DNA of 64,000 nt, taken from contig NZ_DASWSJ010000124.1 of NCBI RefSeq assembly GCF_036402745.1, positions 220-64,219 on the forward strand, given 5' to 3'. Position numbers and translations under genes: made by a program. This DNA comes from Actinophytocola sp. (GTDB lineage Bacteria; Actinomycetota; Actinomycetes; Mycobacteriales; Pseudonocardiaceae). Each line of letters opens with the position of its first letter. The stretch's first letter is position 1. Below, piece after piece: positions 39,463 through 50,234 of this stretch. The notes beneath the pieces are model-generated. The model was not told the origin of the DNA, made no database searches, and was given only the letters and a program-made list of their open reading frames with translations.

Positions 39463-40977
39463 ATGACGAGTTACGTAGCCGCGATCGACCAGGGCACGAC
39501 GTCGACCCGGTGCATGGTCTTCAGCCACGCCGGCGAGGTGGTGGCGGTCAACCAGAAGGAGCACGAGCAGATCTTCCCGCGGGCCGGCTGGGTCGAGCAC
39601 GACCCGGAGGAGGTCTGGCGCAACACGCGTGAGGTGGCCGCGGGCGCCCTCGCCACCGCGGACCTCAAGGCCAGCGACATCGTCGCGGTCGGCATCACCA
39701 ACCAGCGCGAGACCGCGGTGGTGTGGGACAAGGCGACCGGCAAGCCGGTGTACAACGCGATCGTCTGGCAGGACACCCGCACCGACCGGATCTGCGCCGA
39801 GCTGGAGGCGCTCGGCGGCGGGCAGGACCGGTACAAGGCGAAGACGGGCCTGCCGCTGGCGACCTACTTCTCCGGCCCGAAGGTGCGCTGGATCCTCGAC
39901 AACGTCGAGGGCGCGCGGCAGCGGGCCGAGGCCGGTGAGCTGCTGTTCGGCAACATGGACACCTGGCTGCTGTGGAACATGACCGGCGGCCCGGACGGCG
40001 GCGTGCACGTCACCGACCCGACCAACGCGTCCCGCACGCTGCTGATGGATCTGTCCACTTTGGCCTGGGACGAGTCCATCGCCGAGGACATGAAGATCCC
40101 CCTGTCGATGCTGCCGCAGATCCGGTCGTCGTCGGAGGAGTACGGCAAGGTCCGGGAGCGCGGCGCGCTCGCCGGGGTGCCGATCGCCGGGATCCTCGGT
40201 GACCAGCAGGCGGCGACGTTCGGCCAGGCGTGCCTGTCGGTCGGCGAGGCCAAGAACACCTACGGCACCGGCAACTTCGTGCTCCTCAACACCGGCCACG
40301 AGCAGGTGGCGAGCGAGAACGGGCTGCTCACCACGGTCTGCTACAAGATCGGCGCGCAGGACCCGGTCTACGCGCTGGAGGGCTCGATCGCGGTCACCGG
40401 CTCGCTGGTGCAGTGGGTCCGGGACAACCTCGGCATGATCTCCTCGGCGCCGGAGATCGAGGAGCACGCGCGCACGGTCGAGGACAACGGCGGCTGCTAC
40501 TTCGTGCCGGCGTTCTCCGGGTTGTTCGCGCCGTACTGGCGCTCGGACGCGCGCGGCGCGATCGTCGGGCTCACCCGGTTCGTCAACAAGGGCCACCTCG
40601 CGCGGGCGGTCCTGGAGGCGACGGCGTTCCAGACCCGCGAGGTCATCGACGCGATGAACGCCGACTCCGGGGTGCCGCTGACGGCGCTCAAGGTCGACGG
40701 CGGCATGGTCGGCAACGAGCTGCTGATGCAGTTCCAGGCGGACATCCTCAACGTGCCGGTGATCCGGCCGGTCGTCGCGGAGACCACCGCGCTGGGTGCC
40801 GCCTACGCGGCGGGCCTGGCGGTCGGGTTCTGGGCGGGCGAGGACGACATCCGCAACAACTGGGCGAAGGACAAGGAGTGGACCCCGGCGATGGACGACG
40901 CGGCCCGCGAGAAGACCTACGCCCTGTGGAAGAAGGCCGTGACCCGCACGTTCGACTGGGTCGAGGCGGACGACTGA
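39463..40977 (+). CDS. glpK: Glycerol kinase
   Basis: [38 protein letters not shown]. Confidence 0.97.
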   Translation: MTSYVAAIDQGTTSTRCMVFSHAGEVVAVNQKEHEQIFPRAGWVEHDPEEVWRNTREVAAGALATADLKASDIVAVGITNQRETAVVWDKATGKPVYNAIVWQDTRTDRICAELEALGGGQDRYKAKTGLPLATYFSGPKVRWILDNVEGARQRAEAGELLFGNMDTWLLWNMTGGPDGGVHVTDPTNASRTLLMDLSTLAWDESIAEDMKIPLSMLPQIRSSSEEYGKVRERGALAGVPIAGILGDQQAATFGQACLSVGEAKNTYGTGNFVLLNTGHEQVASENGLLTTVCYKIGAQDPVYALEGSIAVTGSLVQWVRDNLGMISSAPEIEEHARTVEDNGGCYFVPAFSGLFAPYWRSDARGAIVGLTRFVNKGHLARAVLEATAFQTREVIDAMNADSGVPLTALKVDGGMVGNELLMQFQADILNVPVIRPVVAETTALGAAYAAGLAVGFWAGEDDIRNNWAKDKEWTPAMDDAAREKTYALWKKAVTRTFDWVEADD

Positions 40978-40987
40978 CCCCCGATGT

Positions 40988-41019
40988 CCGTGGATGCCGC
41001 CCGCCGGTGGCATCCACGG
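40988..41019. terminator. Bidirectional hairpin terminator between glpK and lpdA
   Basis: CCGTGGATGCCGCC-CGCC-GGTGGCATCCACGG, 14-bp stem with one G-U pair. Confidence 0.75.
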
Positions 41020-41036
41020 GCCGTCGGTCCAGGTCG

Positions 41037-42440
41037 TCAGTCCAGGTCGTCGTGGCGCATGAGGCGCCGGCCGGCCTCCACGATGGAGCCCGACAGCGAC
41101 GGGTAGACCGAGAACGTGTGCGTCAGGTGCTCGACGGTGAGCTGGTTCTGCACGGCCAGCGCGATCGGCAGGATCAGCTCGCTGGCCATCGGCGCCACCA
41201 CCACGCCGCCGATGACCACGCCGGTCGCCGGGCGGCAGAACAGCTTGACGAAGCCGCGGTGCACGCCTTCCATCTTGGCCCGCGCGTTGGTGGCCAGCGG
41301 CAGCATGATCGTGCGGGCCGGCACCTCGCCGGAGTCGATCGCCTGCTGGCTGATGCCGACCGTGGCGATCTCCGGGTGGGTGAACACGTTGGCGGCCACG
41401 GTCTTGAGCTTGATCGGCGCCACCCCCTCGCCCAGCGCGTGCCACATCGCGATCCGGCCCTGCATCGCCGCGACCGACGCGAGCATCAGCAGCCCGGTGC
41501 AGTCGCCGGCCGCGTAGACGCCGGGCACGTTCGTGCGGGACACCCGGTCCACCGAGACGAACCCGCCCTGCCCCGGCTCGATGCCGACCTTGTCGAGGCC
41601 GATGTCGGCGGTGTTGGGCACCGAGCCGACGGTCATCAGCGCGTGGCTGGCCTCGACCGTGTCGCCGCCGCGCAGGTGCACGATGACGCCCTTGGCGGTC
41701 CGCTCAACCCGCTCGGCCCGCGCGTACTTGATGACCGACGTGCCGCGCGCGGCGTAGACGTCCTCCAGCACGGCGGCGGCGTCCGCGTCCTCGTGCGGCA
41801 GCACCCGGTCGCGGCTGGAGATCAGCGTGACCCGCACGCCCATCTCGGTGTAGGCCGACACGAACTCGGCACCGGTGACGCCCGAGCCCACGACGACGAG
41901 GTGCTCGGGCAGCTCGGGCAGGTCGTAGATCTGGCGCCAGTCGAGGATCCGCTCGCCGTCGGGCTCCGAGCCGGGCAGGATCCGCGGCGTGGCCCCGGTG
42001 GCGATCAGTACGACGTCCGCGTCGAGCACCTCCGACGAGCCGTCGTAGCCGACCGCGACCACCCGGTGCGCGGCGAGGCCCGTGCGGTCGTCGCAGAACT
42101 TGGCGGTGCCGTTGATGACCCGCACGCCCTCGCGCTGCACCCGGTTGCGCACGTCGGCCGACTGCGCGAGCGCGAGCCCCTTCACCCGTCCGTGGACCAC
42201 GGGGAGGTCGACCGGGGGCAGCTGGCTGTCCGTGCGGATGCCGAGTTCGTCGGCGTTGTGGAACGCGGACCGGGCGCCCGCGGAGGCGATGAACGTCTTG
42301 GACGGGACACAGTCGTAGAGCACGCACGCGCCGCCGAGGCCGTCCCGCTCGACGATCGTGACGTCGGCCCCGTGCTGCGCGGCGACCAGCGCGGCCTCGT
42401 AGCCCGCCGGGCCGCCGCCCATGATCACGATCCGGGTCAC
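41037..42440 (-). CDS. lpdA: NAD(P)H-quinone dehydrogenase (LpdA/Rv3303c-like flavoprotein)
   Basis: IMGGGPAGYEAA, GGACVLYDCVPSK, GSGVTGAE, YPSLSGS. Confidence 0.93.
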   Translation of the reverse strand: MTRIVIMGGGPAGYEAALVAAQHGADVTIVERDGLGGACVLYDCVPSKTFIASAGARSAFHNADELGIRTDSQLPPVDLPVVHGRVKGLALAQSADVRNRVQREGVRVINGTAKFCDDRTGLAAHRVVAVGYDGSSEVLDADVVLIATGATPRILPGSEPDGERILDWRQIYDLPELPEHLVVVGSGVTGAEFVSAYTEMGVRVTLISSRDRVLPHEDADAAAVLEDVYAARGTSVIKYARAERVERTAKGVIVHLRGGDTVEASHALMTVGSVPNTADIGLDKVGIEPGQGGFVSVDRVSRTNVPGVYAAGDCTGLLMLASVAAMQGRIAMWHALGEGVAPIKLKTVAANVFTHPEIATVGISQQAIDSGEVPARTIMLPLATNARAKMEGVHRGFVKLFCRPATGVVIGGVVVAPMASELILPIALAVQNQLTVEHLTHTFSVYPSLSGSIVEAGRRLMRHDDLD

Positions 42441-42560
42441 CCGGAGCTCCCCTCGTAGTTCGCGAGCGCGGACGCGGCCAACGTTACGCGGCGAACCCGA
42501 CGCGAACACGCCTGCGCCATGGCGGCGCGCATGATCCGGGGTATCGCTACGCTGTCGGAC

Positions 42561-43013
42561 GTGCCGCTCTACGCCGCGTACGGGTCCAACATGGATCCCG
42601 CCCAGATGATGGAGCGAGCGCCGCACTCGCCGATGGCGGGGACCGGTTGGCTCGTGGGCTGGCGCCTGACCTTCGGCGGCGAGGACCTGGGCTGGGAAGG
42701 TGCCCTCGCCACCCTCGTCGAGGAGGCCGGCACCCAGGTCTTCGTGGTGCTCTACGACGTGACCCCGGAGGACGAGGCCCGGCTGGACCGCTGGGAGGGC
42801 TCCGAGCTGGGGCTCCACTCGAAGATCCGGCTGCGCGTGCAGACGCTGGAGGGGTCCGTGCTGGCCTGGCTCTACGTGCTGGACGCGTACGAGGGTGGGC
42901 TGCCGTCGGCGCGGTACCTGGGCGTGGTGTCGGACGCGGCCGAGTCGGCGGGGGCACCGGCCGACTACGTGGCCGACCTGCGCATCCGCCCCTGCCAGGG
43001 CATCGGCCCCTGA
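42561..43013 (+). CDS. Gamma-glutamylcyclotransferase family protein (Rv3304-like)
   Basis: LYAAYGSNM, WRLTFGGED, LDRWEG, GGLPSARY. Confidence 0.9.
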   Translation: MPLYAAYGSNMDPAQMMERAPHSPMAGTGWLVGWRLTFGGEDLGWEGALATLVEEAGTQVFVVLYDVTPEDEARLDRWEGSELGLHSKIRLRVQTLEGSVLAWLYVLDAYEGGLPSARYLGVVSDAAESAGAPADYVADLRIRPCQGIGP

Positions 43014-43080
43014 TCGCACCCGAAGCCCCGCGACCAGTCCCGCCCCGCGAACCGTGATCGATGCCGCACGCGACCGGCCC

Positions 43081-43140
43081 TGCCGCCGTGGCGCGGCGTG
43101 CCGCCGTGGTCCGGCGTGCCGCAGCGGTCCGGCGTGCCGC
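43081..43140. repeat. 18-bp tandem repeat x ~3.3 (TGCCGCCGTGGTCCGGCG)
   Basis: Units start at 43081, 43099, 43117 and (partial) 43135. Confidence 0.8.
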
Positions 43141-43212
43141 TGGGGCGGTGCGTGCAATCGCAAACGCCGATCGATGGACGTTGGCCACTCCGCCCGGGGG
43201 ACCCCTGTTCTA

Positions 43213-43292
43213 ACCCTATCCGCCAGGTCCGACAGTTCCGGGGTAGCAAGATCGACTTGTGGACAACTCGGCGGGTTGTGGACAACTCGGCG
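43213..43292 (-). promoter_or_regulatory. Dispersed element: two TTGTCCACA boxes (19-bp period) plus TGTCGG-N10-TAGGGT promoter (orphan)
   Basis: TTGTGGACAACTCGGCG at 43257 and 43276; promoter 43234-43213. Confidence 0.65.
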
Positions 43293-43315
43293 ACCCGGGC
43301 AGGGCCGGGGCCCGA

Positions 43316-43383
43316 GGTCGTCGGCCCTTGATGCCGATCGCGCGGCACGGTCGTCCGCCCTTGATGCCGATCGCGCGGCACGG
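43316..43383. repeat. 33-bp tandem duplication GGTCGTC(G/C)GCCCTTGATGCCGATCGCGCGGCAC
   Basis: Units 43316-43348 and 43349-43381, one mismatch. Confidence 0.85.
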
Positions 43384-43481
43384 GATAGTAGCCACATGGG
43401 TGCCCGGCCTGAGTGTCCTCACAGTCCCAGCGGGCGCCAGCAACCCGAGGTCCGCGACGCCGGCCGCTGCGGAGACCCGTC

Positions 43482-43772
43482 GTGAGCAAGCACGGCATCA
43501 AGCAGCTGCCGCGGACCGGCCACGGCGACTCGCTCTGCAAGCACACCAGCCCGGGCAGCTGCACGTGGTGGTGCTCCTACGGCCGGTTCGTGAAGGTGTG
43601 CCTCGCGCTGCTCGTCGTCATCGGGGGGTTCGCCGCGATCAGCCTGTTCCTCGACGAGTCCGGCGGCGTCGACCGGCTGATCGACGCCGGCATCGCACTC
43701 GGCGCGTACGGCGTCGTCGTGATCACCCTCATCTTCGTCGCCAACCAGCGCGACGGGGGCGACCACTACTGA
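43482..43772 (+). CDS. Small two-TM protein with Cys/His-rich N-terminus
   Basis: GGAGA upstream of GTG, GC3-rich codons, CKH..C...C then two hydrophobic helices. Confidence 0.6.
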   Translation: MSKHGIKQLPRTGHGDSLCKHTSPGSCTWWCSYGRFVKVCLALLVVIGGFAAISLFLDESGGVDRLIDAGIALGAYGVVVITLIFVANQRDGGDHY

Positions 43773-45061
43773 ACCAGCGCCGCCAGCGCGGTGTGGGTCA
43801 GCACGCGAACCCCGGTGAGCAGGGCCCGCTCGTCCAGCTGGAACGTCGGCTGGTGCAGGTCGGGCTGCTTGCCCTCGCCGGACCACACGCCGAGCCGCGC
43901 GAACGAGCCCGAGACGTGCTCCAGGTACCACCCGAAGTCCTCCCCACCGGAGGACTGCTTGGTACTGGTCACCGCCTGCTCGCCCAGCGCGGCCTCGACG
44001 CCGGCCCGCATGACGGCGGTGCTCTCCTCGTCGTTGACCACCGGCGGCACGCCGCGGCGGTGCTCCAGCTCGAAGCCGACCCCGGTGGGCGCCAGCAGCG
44101 ACTCGACCAGACCCGCGACCAGCGGCTCCAGGTCGGCCCACACCTCGTGGTCGCCGGTGCGCAGCGTGCCGCGCAGGACGCCGTCCTGCGGGACCGCGTT
44201 CGGCGCCTCGCCCGCGTGCACCGCGCCCCACACCAGCACGGTGCCCGAGCGCGGGTCGATCCGCCGGGACAGCAGCGCGGGCAGCCCGGTGATGACCGTG
44301 CCGAGCGCGTGCACGAGGTCGGCGGTGAGGTGCGGGCGGGACGTGTGCCCACCCGGCGACGTCAGCCGCAGCTCCAGCAGGTCGGTGGCCGACGTGATCG
44401 CGCCGACCCGCATGCCGACGCTGCCCACCTGCAGGCGCGGGTCGCAGTGCAGGCCGAAGATCGAGTCCACGCCGTCGAGCCCGCCCGCGGCGATGACGTC
44501 CAGCGCGCCGCCCGGCATGACCTCCTCGGCCGGCTGGAACACCAGCCGCACCCGGCCGGGCAGCTCGGGGGCCGCCGCCAGCGCGATACCGGCGGCGATG
44601 AGCATCGACGTGTGCGCGTCGTGTCCGCACGCGTGTGCGGCGCCGGGCACGGTCGAGGCGTAGGGCAGGCCGGTGAGCTCGGTGAGCGGCAGCGCGTCCA
44701 TGTCGGCCCGCAGCGCCACACACCGGTCGCCGGTGCCGACGTCGCAGATCAGCCCGGTGCCGCTGTCGAAGAGCTTCGGCCGCAGGCCCGCGGCGGAGAG
44801 CAGGCCGGCGACGAGCTCGGTGGTGGCGAACTCGCGCCGGGACAGCTCCGGGTGCGCGTGGATGTGCCGGTACCAGGCGAGCACGTCGAGCGCGTTGCGC
44901 GCGAGCCAGTCGTCCAGCCAGCCCGGTCCGCGCCCTGCCCCGATGTCCTCCACAGTGGGCATACTGACGCCCCTGTCGGTGATCAGCACGCCGACCCCGT
45001 CTGTCGTTGGCACGTCTTCCGGGTCCCGTTGCGTTCCGGACCGCGAATCGAGCACTGTCAC
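43766..45061 (-). CDS. M20 amidohydrolase (AmiA1-like)
   Basis: HAHPELS..E, LRADMDAL, HACGHDAH, FQPAEE, GGEDF; AGGAGG RBS. Confidence 0.93.
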   Translation of the reverse strand: MTVLDSRSGTQRDPEDVPTTDGVGVLITDRGVSMPTVEDIGAGRGPGWLDDWLARNALDVLAWYRHIHAHPELSRREFATTELVAGLLSAAGLRPKLFDSGTGLICDVGTGDRCVALRADMDALPLTELTGLPYASTVPGAAHACGHDAHTSMLIAAGIALAAAPELPGRVRLVFQPAEEVMPGGALDVIAAGGLDGVDSIFGLHCDPRLQVGSVGMRVGAITSATDLLELRLTSPGGHTSRPHLTADLVHALGTVITGLPALLSRRIDPRSGTVLVWGAVHAGEAPNAVPQDGVLRGTLRTGDHEVWADLEPLVAGLVESLLAPTGVGFELEHRRGVPPVVNDEESTAVMRAGVEAALGEQAVTSTKQSSGGEDFGWYLEHVSGSFARLGVWSGEGKQPDLHQPTFQLDERALLTGVRVLTHTALAALVQ

Positions 45062-45238
45062 GCGGTCCTCCTGCGATGGCCCGTGCGCTTGGTTTCGTTC
45101 TTGGATGCAGCAATCCTGCACCATGGGCGGTTGAGGATCGAACGAGGTTCCCTGGTCAACCGACTGCCGGTACAACCAGTGCGCCGAACGGCCCGCGTGG
45201 TTCAGCCTGGCTAAACGATCACGATCGGCCAACGACCG

Positions 45239-45550
45239 TCAGCCGCCGCCACCGCCCTCGGCCTTCTTGCGCCGCTTGCGGCGGACGCTGCGTCCCCAGA
45301 TGACGAGGCCGACGAGAACGACCGACGTCACGCCCATCACGAGCTTGCGCCGCGACTCGGCCTTGTCGGCCTCGGTCTGCGGCTTGTTGATCGGCACGGA
45401 CGGCGCGGTGGCGCCGGGCGCGGACGGGGCGGTCGTGGTGGGCTGCTCCGCGAACACGTGCGTGGCGGGTTCGGCCGCCGCGGTGCCGACAGGGAGTGCC
45501 AGGAACAAGCTCAGCAAGCCGACGATCACGAGTCGGGTGGCACTCCGCAT
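45239..45550 (-). CDS. Small protein with signal peptide, C-terminal TM and basic tail
   Basis: AAA/EP signal-like N-terminus, Pro/Thr linker, TM, RRKRRKK. Confidence 0.7.
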   Translation of the reverse strand: MRSATRLVIVGLLSLFLALPVGTAAAEPATHVFAEQPTTTAPSAPGATAPSVPINKPQTEADKAESRRKLVMGVTSVVLVGLVIWGRSVRRKRRKKAEGGGGG

Positions 45551-45560
45551 GGTCAAGACT

Positions 45561-46559
45561 CTAGTCAGCGCGCGGTGAGTCGGCGAACACCTCCAGTATT
45601 CGCTCGGCGGCCAGCGTCGGCGTCAGCTCGCCGTCGGCGACCTCCCGCTCGAGCGCCGGCGCGAGCTCGCGCACCCCGGGATGCTCCTGCAGCCGGGTGA
45701 GCAGGGTGTCGCGCACCATCGTCCACGTCCAGTCCACCTGCTGTCGGCGCCGCTTCGCCTCCAGCTCGCCCGCCTCGGACAGCGTGCGGTGGTGGCGTTC
45801 CACCTGCTCCCACAACGTGTCCAGGCCGGCGCCGGTCAGCCCGCTGCAGGTGAGCACGGGCGGGGACCAGGCCGCCTCCGCGGTGCGCAGCAGCCGCAAG
45901 GCCCCGGACAGCTCGCGGGCGGCCGCGCGGGCGGGCGCCTCGTGCTCGCCGTCGGCCTTGTTCACCGCGATCACGTCGGCGAGCTCCAGCACGCCCTTCT
46001 TGATGCCCTGCAGCTGGTCGCCGGTGCGGGCCAGGGTGAGCAGCAGGAAGCAGTCGACCATGTTGGCCACCGAGATCTCGGACTGGCCGACGCCGACGGT
46101 CTCGACGAGCACGACGTCGTAGCCGGCCGCCTCCATCAGCACGATCGTCTCGCGGGTGGCCCGGGTGACGCCGCCGAGCGTGCCGGAGGTGGGCGACGGG
46201 CGGATGAACGCGGCCGGATCGACCGCCAGGCGCGACATCCGGGTCTTGTCGCCGAGGATCGAGCCGCCGGTGCGCGACGAGGACGGGTCGACCGCGAGCA
46301 CCGCGACCCGGTGGCCGGTCTCGGTGAGCATGGTGCCGAGCGCGTCGATGAACGTCGACTTGCCCGCGCCCGGCACGCCGGTGATGCCGACCCGGTGCGC
46401 GCCACCGGAATGCGCCAGCAGCTCCACGAGCAGCTGCTGGGCCAGCGCCCGGTGGTCGGGGCGGCGCGACTCGACGAGCGTGATCGCCTTGGACAGCGTC
46501 CCGCGGTCGCCGGCGAGCACGCCCTTGGCGTACGCGCCGACGTCGATCTCCCGGGCCAT
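45561..46559 (-). CDS. meaB: Methylmalonyl-CoA mutase-associated GTPase
   Basis: GITGVPGAGKST, VDPSS..GGSILGDKTRM, ETVGVGQSE, NKAD. Confidence 0.96.
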   Translation of the reverse strand: MAREIDVGAYAKGVLAGDRGTLSKAITLVESRRPDHRALAQQLLVELLAHSGGAHRVGITGVPGAGKSTFIDALGTMLTETGHRVAVLAVDPSSSRTGGSILGDKTRMSRLAVDPAAFIRPSPTSGTLGGVTRATRETIVLMEAAGYDVVLVETVGVGQSEISVANMVDCFLLLTLARTGDQLQGIKKGVLELADVIAVNKADGEHEAPARAAARELSGALRLLRTAEAAWSPPVLTCSGLTGAGLDTLWEQVERHHRTLSEAGELEAKRRRQQVDWTWTMVRDTLLTRLQEHPGVRELAPALEREVADGELTPTLAAERILEVFADSPRAD

Positions 46560-48733
46560 CAGTGCCCGTGCCGGGACACGAGCTCTCGCAGCAGGTCCGT
46601 GGCGGCGTCGGCGATCACCGTGCCGGGACCGAAGATGGCGGCCGCACCGGAGGCGTGCAGCTCGTCGTGGTCCTGCGGGGGGATCACGCCGCCGACGACG
46701 ATCATGATGTCGTCCCGGCCGAGCGCGGCCAGCTCGTCGCGCAGCGCCGGCACGAGCGTGAGGTGCCCGGCGGCGAGCGAGTTGACCCCGACGATGTGCA
46801 CGTCGGCCTCGACGGCCTGGCGGGCGACCTCGGCCGGGGTCTGGAACAGCGGGCCCACGTCGACGTCGAAGCCGAGGTCGGCGAACGCGGTCGCGATCAC
46901 CTTCTGGCCGCGGTCGTGCCCGTCCTGGCCCATCTTGGCCACCAGGATCCGCGGCCGGCGCCCCTCGGCCTCGGCGAAGGAGCGCACCACCGCGCGCGCT
47001 TCGTCCACATTGGACGCGCCGCCGACCTCCTCGGAGTACACCCCGGAGATGGTACGGATCTGCGCGGCGTGCCGGCCCCACACCTTGCCGAGCGCGTCGG
47101 AGATCTCGCCGACGGTGGCCTTCGCGCGAGCCGCGTCGATGGCGAGCGCGAGCAGGTTCCCGGACCCGTCGGCGGCGGCCGACAAGCCGTCCAGCGCACG
47201 CCCGACGGCCGCGCCGTCCCGCTCCTCGCGCAGCCGGCGCAGCTTCTCCAGCTGCTGCGCCCGGACGCCGGCGTTGTCCACCTTGAGCACCTCGATGTGC
47301 TCGTCGGCGTCGGCCAGCCGGTACTTGTTGACCCCGATCACCGGCTGGCGGCCGGAGTCGATGCGGGCCTGGGTGCGCGCCGCGGCCTCCTCGATGCGCA
47401 GCTTCGGGATGCCGGCGTCGATCGCGCGCGCCATGCCGCCCGCCGACTCGACCTCGCTGATGTGGCCCCACGCCTTGCGGGCGAGCTCGTAGGTGAGCCG
47501 CTCGACGAACGCGCTGCCGCCCCAGGGATCGATGACCCGGGTGGTGTTGGACTCCTGCTGCAGCAGCAGCTGCGTGTTGCGGGCGATCCGCGCGGAGAAG
47601 TCGGTGGGCAGCGCGAGCGCCTCGTCCAACGCGTTGGTGTGCAAGGACTGCGTGTGCCCCTGGGTCGCGGCCATCGCCTCGACGCAGGTGCGGATCACGT
47701 TGTTGTAGACGTCCTGCGCGGTGAGCGACCAGCCGGAGGTCTGGCAGTGCGTGCGCAGGGACAGCGACTTGTCCGACGTCGGCTCGAACTGCTTGACCAG
47801 CTTGGCCCACAGCAGCCGCGCGGCCCGCAGCTTCGCGACCTCCATGAAGAAGTTCATCCCGATGGCCCAGAAGAACGACAGCCGCGGCGCGAACGAGTCG
47901 ACCGGCAGGCCCGCGTCGACGCCCGCGCGGAGGTACTCGACCCCGTCGGCCAGGGTGTAGGCCAGCTCGAGGTCGGCGGTCGCCCCGGCCTCCTGCATGT
48001 GGTAGCCGGAGATCGAGATCGAGTTGAACTTCGGCATGTGCTTGCTGGTGTGGGCGAAGATGTCGGAGATGATCCGCATCGACGGCTGCGGCGGGTAGAT
48101 GTAGGTGTTGCGGACCATGAACTCCTTGAGGATGTCGTTCTGGATGGTCCCGGCCAGCTTCTCCTGCGGCACGCCCTGTTCCTCGGCGGCCACCACGTAG
48201 AGCGCGAGGATCGGCAGCACGGCGCCGTTCATGGTCATCGACACCGACATCGTGTCCAGCGGGATGCCGTCGAAGAGCTGGCGCATGTCGTAGATCGAGT
48301 CGATGGCCACCCCGGCCATGCCGACGTCGCCGGCCACCCGGGGGTGGTCGGAGTCGTAGCCGCGGTGGGTGGCGAGGTCGAACGCGACCGACAGTCCCTT
48401 CTGGCCGGCCGCGATGTTGCGCCGGTAGAAGGCGTTGGACTCCTCGGCGGTGGAGAAGCCGGCGTACTGCCGGATGGTCCACGGCTGGTTGACATACATC
48501 GTCGGGTAGGGCCCGCGCAGGAACGGCACGATGCCCGGGTAGGTGCCGAGGAAGTCCAGCTCGGCGGTGTCCTCGCTGGTGTACAAGGGTTTCACGCCGA
48601 TACCCTCGGGGGTCTCCCACACCAGCGCGTCGCTGCCCTTGCCGGTGGCCTCCTGCAGCGCGGCCTGCCAGTCGGCGGCCGACGGTGTCCCGGGCTCACC
48701 CAGCTCGACGTCGGAGAAGTCGGGAATGCTCAC
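46559..48733 (-). CDS. scpA: Methylmalonyl-CoA mutase large (catalytic) subunit
   Basis: [27 protein letters not shown] (DxHxxG), SLAAGH. Confidence 0.97.
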   Translation of the reverse strand: MSIPDFSDVELGEPGTPSAADWQAALQEATGKGSDALVWETPEGIGVKPLYTSEDTAELDFLGTYPGIVPFLRGPYPTMYVNQPWTIRQYAGFSTAEESNAFYRRNIAAGQKGLSVAFDLATHRGYDSDHPRVAGDVGMAGVAIDSIYDMRQLFDGIPLDTMSVSMTMNGAVLPILALYVVAAEEQGVPQEKLAGTIQNDILKEFMVRNTYIYPPQPSMRIISDIFAHTSKHMPKFNSISISGYHMQEAGATADLELAYTLADGVEYLRAGVDAGLPVDSFAPRLSFFWAIGMNFFMEVAKLRAARLLWAKLVKQFEPTSDKSLSLRTHCQTSGWSLTAQDVYNNVIRTCVEAMAATQGHTQSLHTNALDEALALPTDFSARIARNTQLLLQQESNTTRVIDPWGGSAFVERLTYELARKAWGHISEVESAGGMARAIDAGIPKLRIEEAAARTQARIDSGRQPVIGVNKYRLADADEHIEVLKVDNAGVRAQQLEKLRRLREERDGAAVGRALDGLSAAADGSGNLLALAIDAARAKATVGEISDALGKVWGRHAAQIRTISGVYSEEVGGASNVDEARAVVRSFAEAEGRRPRILVAKMGQDGHDRGQKVIATAFADLGFDVDVGPLFQTPAEVARQAVEADVHIVGVNSLAAGHLTLVPALRDELAALGRDDIMIVVGGVIPPQDHDELHASGAAAIFGPGTVIADAATDLLRELVSRHGH

Positions 48734-50175
48734 GAGCCCTCCTCCAGCTTGGCCTCGAACGGTTCCGCGTACCGGACTCTCGGCAGGCCCCCGGACGGCT
48801 CGGGCGGCGCAGGCTCGCGGCTGATCGGCTTCTCGTCCTTGTTCGGGAACACGGTGACCCCGGTGATCGACTCCGCGCCGGCGGCGAACCGCGCGGTGCG
48901 GGCCGTGCGGGTGGCCGCGATCCGCTCGTCGACCAGGCCGCTGCCGAGTGCCGCGGCGATGCCGCCCGCCCGCTCGATCTCGGTGAACGCGGCCCAGCCG
49001 GCGCGGGCCAGCTCGTCGGTGTGCCGCTCGACGTACCAGGAGCCGCCCGCCGGGTCGATCACACCGGCCACTTTGGACTCTTCGAGGAGGACCGACTGGG
49101 TGTTGCGGGCGATCCGCCGGGCGAAGCCGTCGGGCAGCCCGACCGCGGTGTCGAACGGCAGCACGGTCACCGCGTCCGCGCCGCCGACGCCCGCGGCGAA
49201 GCAGGCCACCGTGGTGCGCAGCATGTTCATCCACGGGTCGCGGCGGGTCATCATGGTCGACGAGGTCACCGCGTGCTGCGGCGCGACCCGGGTGGCGGCG
49301 CCGGCCACCTCGGTGACCCGGGCCCACAGCCGGCGCGCGGCGCGGAACTTGGCGATCGTGGCGAACTGGTCGGCGGTGGCGGCGAGGCGGAACTCGAGCT
49401 GGCGCGCGGCCGCGTCGACGTCGAGCCCGGCGTCGGTGAGCGCGCGCAGGTAGGCCACGCCGGTGGCCGTCGCGCAGCCCAGCTCCTGGCCGTCGGACGA
49501 GCCGGCCTCGTGGTAGGGCAGGGCGTCCACGACGATCGCGCGCAGCTTCGGGTACCGGGCGGTGCGCGCGGCCAGCGCGGCGGCGCCCTCGAGGTCGGTG
49601 TCGGCGCCGGTGCGGGCCCGCAGCCCGAGCGGGTCGGCGCCGAGGTTGCCGCGCACCGCGCTGGCCTGGACGCCCTTGTCGGCGTGGACGGCGAGCAGCG
49701 CGTCGGCGGCCTCGGTCACGTCCGCGCCCGCGTCGAGGGTGACCGGGGCCAGGTCGAGGTAGACCTCGTCGAGCACGTCGGCCAGCGCGTCGACCGGCAG
49801 TCCCGCGGCGCCGACGACGAGCCACAGCGACGTGCCGCCGTTCTCGAGGTCGGCGAGCACGGCGCGCTTGGTGACCGCGGGGTCGGGGTGGGCGTGCCGC
49901 TGGCGGATGTCCCAGCCGGCGAGCACCCGCCCGTCCGGGCGGCCGCCGCGGACGTGCGGCGGGAGGCCGGGGAAGCCGGCGTCCGGCGCGGTGTCCTCGG
50001 CGGTGTAGAGCGGGGCGAGGTCGAACCCGTCATAGGTCGGGCTGGCGAGCGCGGCCTCGACGTCATCGGCTTCGACGCCCGACCTGCGCAGCACCCCCTC
50101 GACCAGCTCGCGCCACTGGTCCCTGGTGGCGGCCGGGAAATCGGCAGCCAAACTCAACCGCTCCGCCGAGGTCAT
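48730..50175 (-). CDS. mutA: Methylmalonyl-CoA mutase small subunit, C-terminally short (481 aa)
   Basis: [46 protein letters not shown]. Confidence 0.9.
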   Translation of the reverse strand: MTSAERLSLAADFPAATRDQWRELVEGVLRRSGVEADDVEAALASPTYDGFDLAPLYTAEDTAPDAGFPGLPPHVRGGRPDGRVLAGWDIRQRHAHPDPAVTKRAVLADLENGGTSLWLVVGAAGLPVDALADVLDEVYLDLAPVTLDAGADVTEAADALLAVHADKGVQASAVRGNLGADPLGLRARTGADTDLEGAAALAARTARYPKLRAIVVDALPYHEAGSSDGQELGCATATGVAYLRALTDAGLDVDAAARQLEFRLAATADQFATIAKFRAARRLWARVTEVAGAATRVAPQHAVTSSTMMTRRDPWMNMLRTTVACFAAGVGGADAVTVLPFDTAVGLPDGFARRIARNTQSVLLEESKVAGVIDPAGGSWYVERHTDELARAGWAAFTEIERAGGIAAALGSGLVDERIAATRTARTARFAAGAESITGVTVFPNKDEKPISREPAPPEPSGGLPRVRYAEPFEAKLEEGS

Positions 50176-50234
50176 ACCCGGCAATGCTACGGAAAATGGC
50201 GGTTCTCGCCGGGCGGTGTGGTGAATGCCGCAGA

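Noticed and set aside
42553-42575. TGTCGG near the GGCT start as a RecA-NDp promoter
   Set aside because: Spacing to TA is 11 nt, the final T is missing, and it overlaps the start codon
43198-43212. LexA SOS box (TAGAACAGGGGTCCC, minus strand)
   Set aside because: Only a partial half-site of TCGAAC-N4-GTTCGA
43257-43292. oriC from DnaA boxes
   Set aside because: Only 1-2 boxes per site, no dnaA/dnaN and no AT-rich unwinding region
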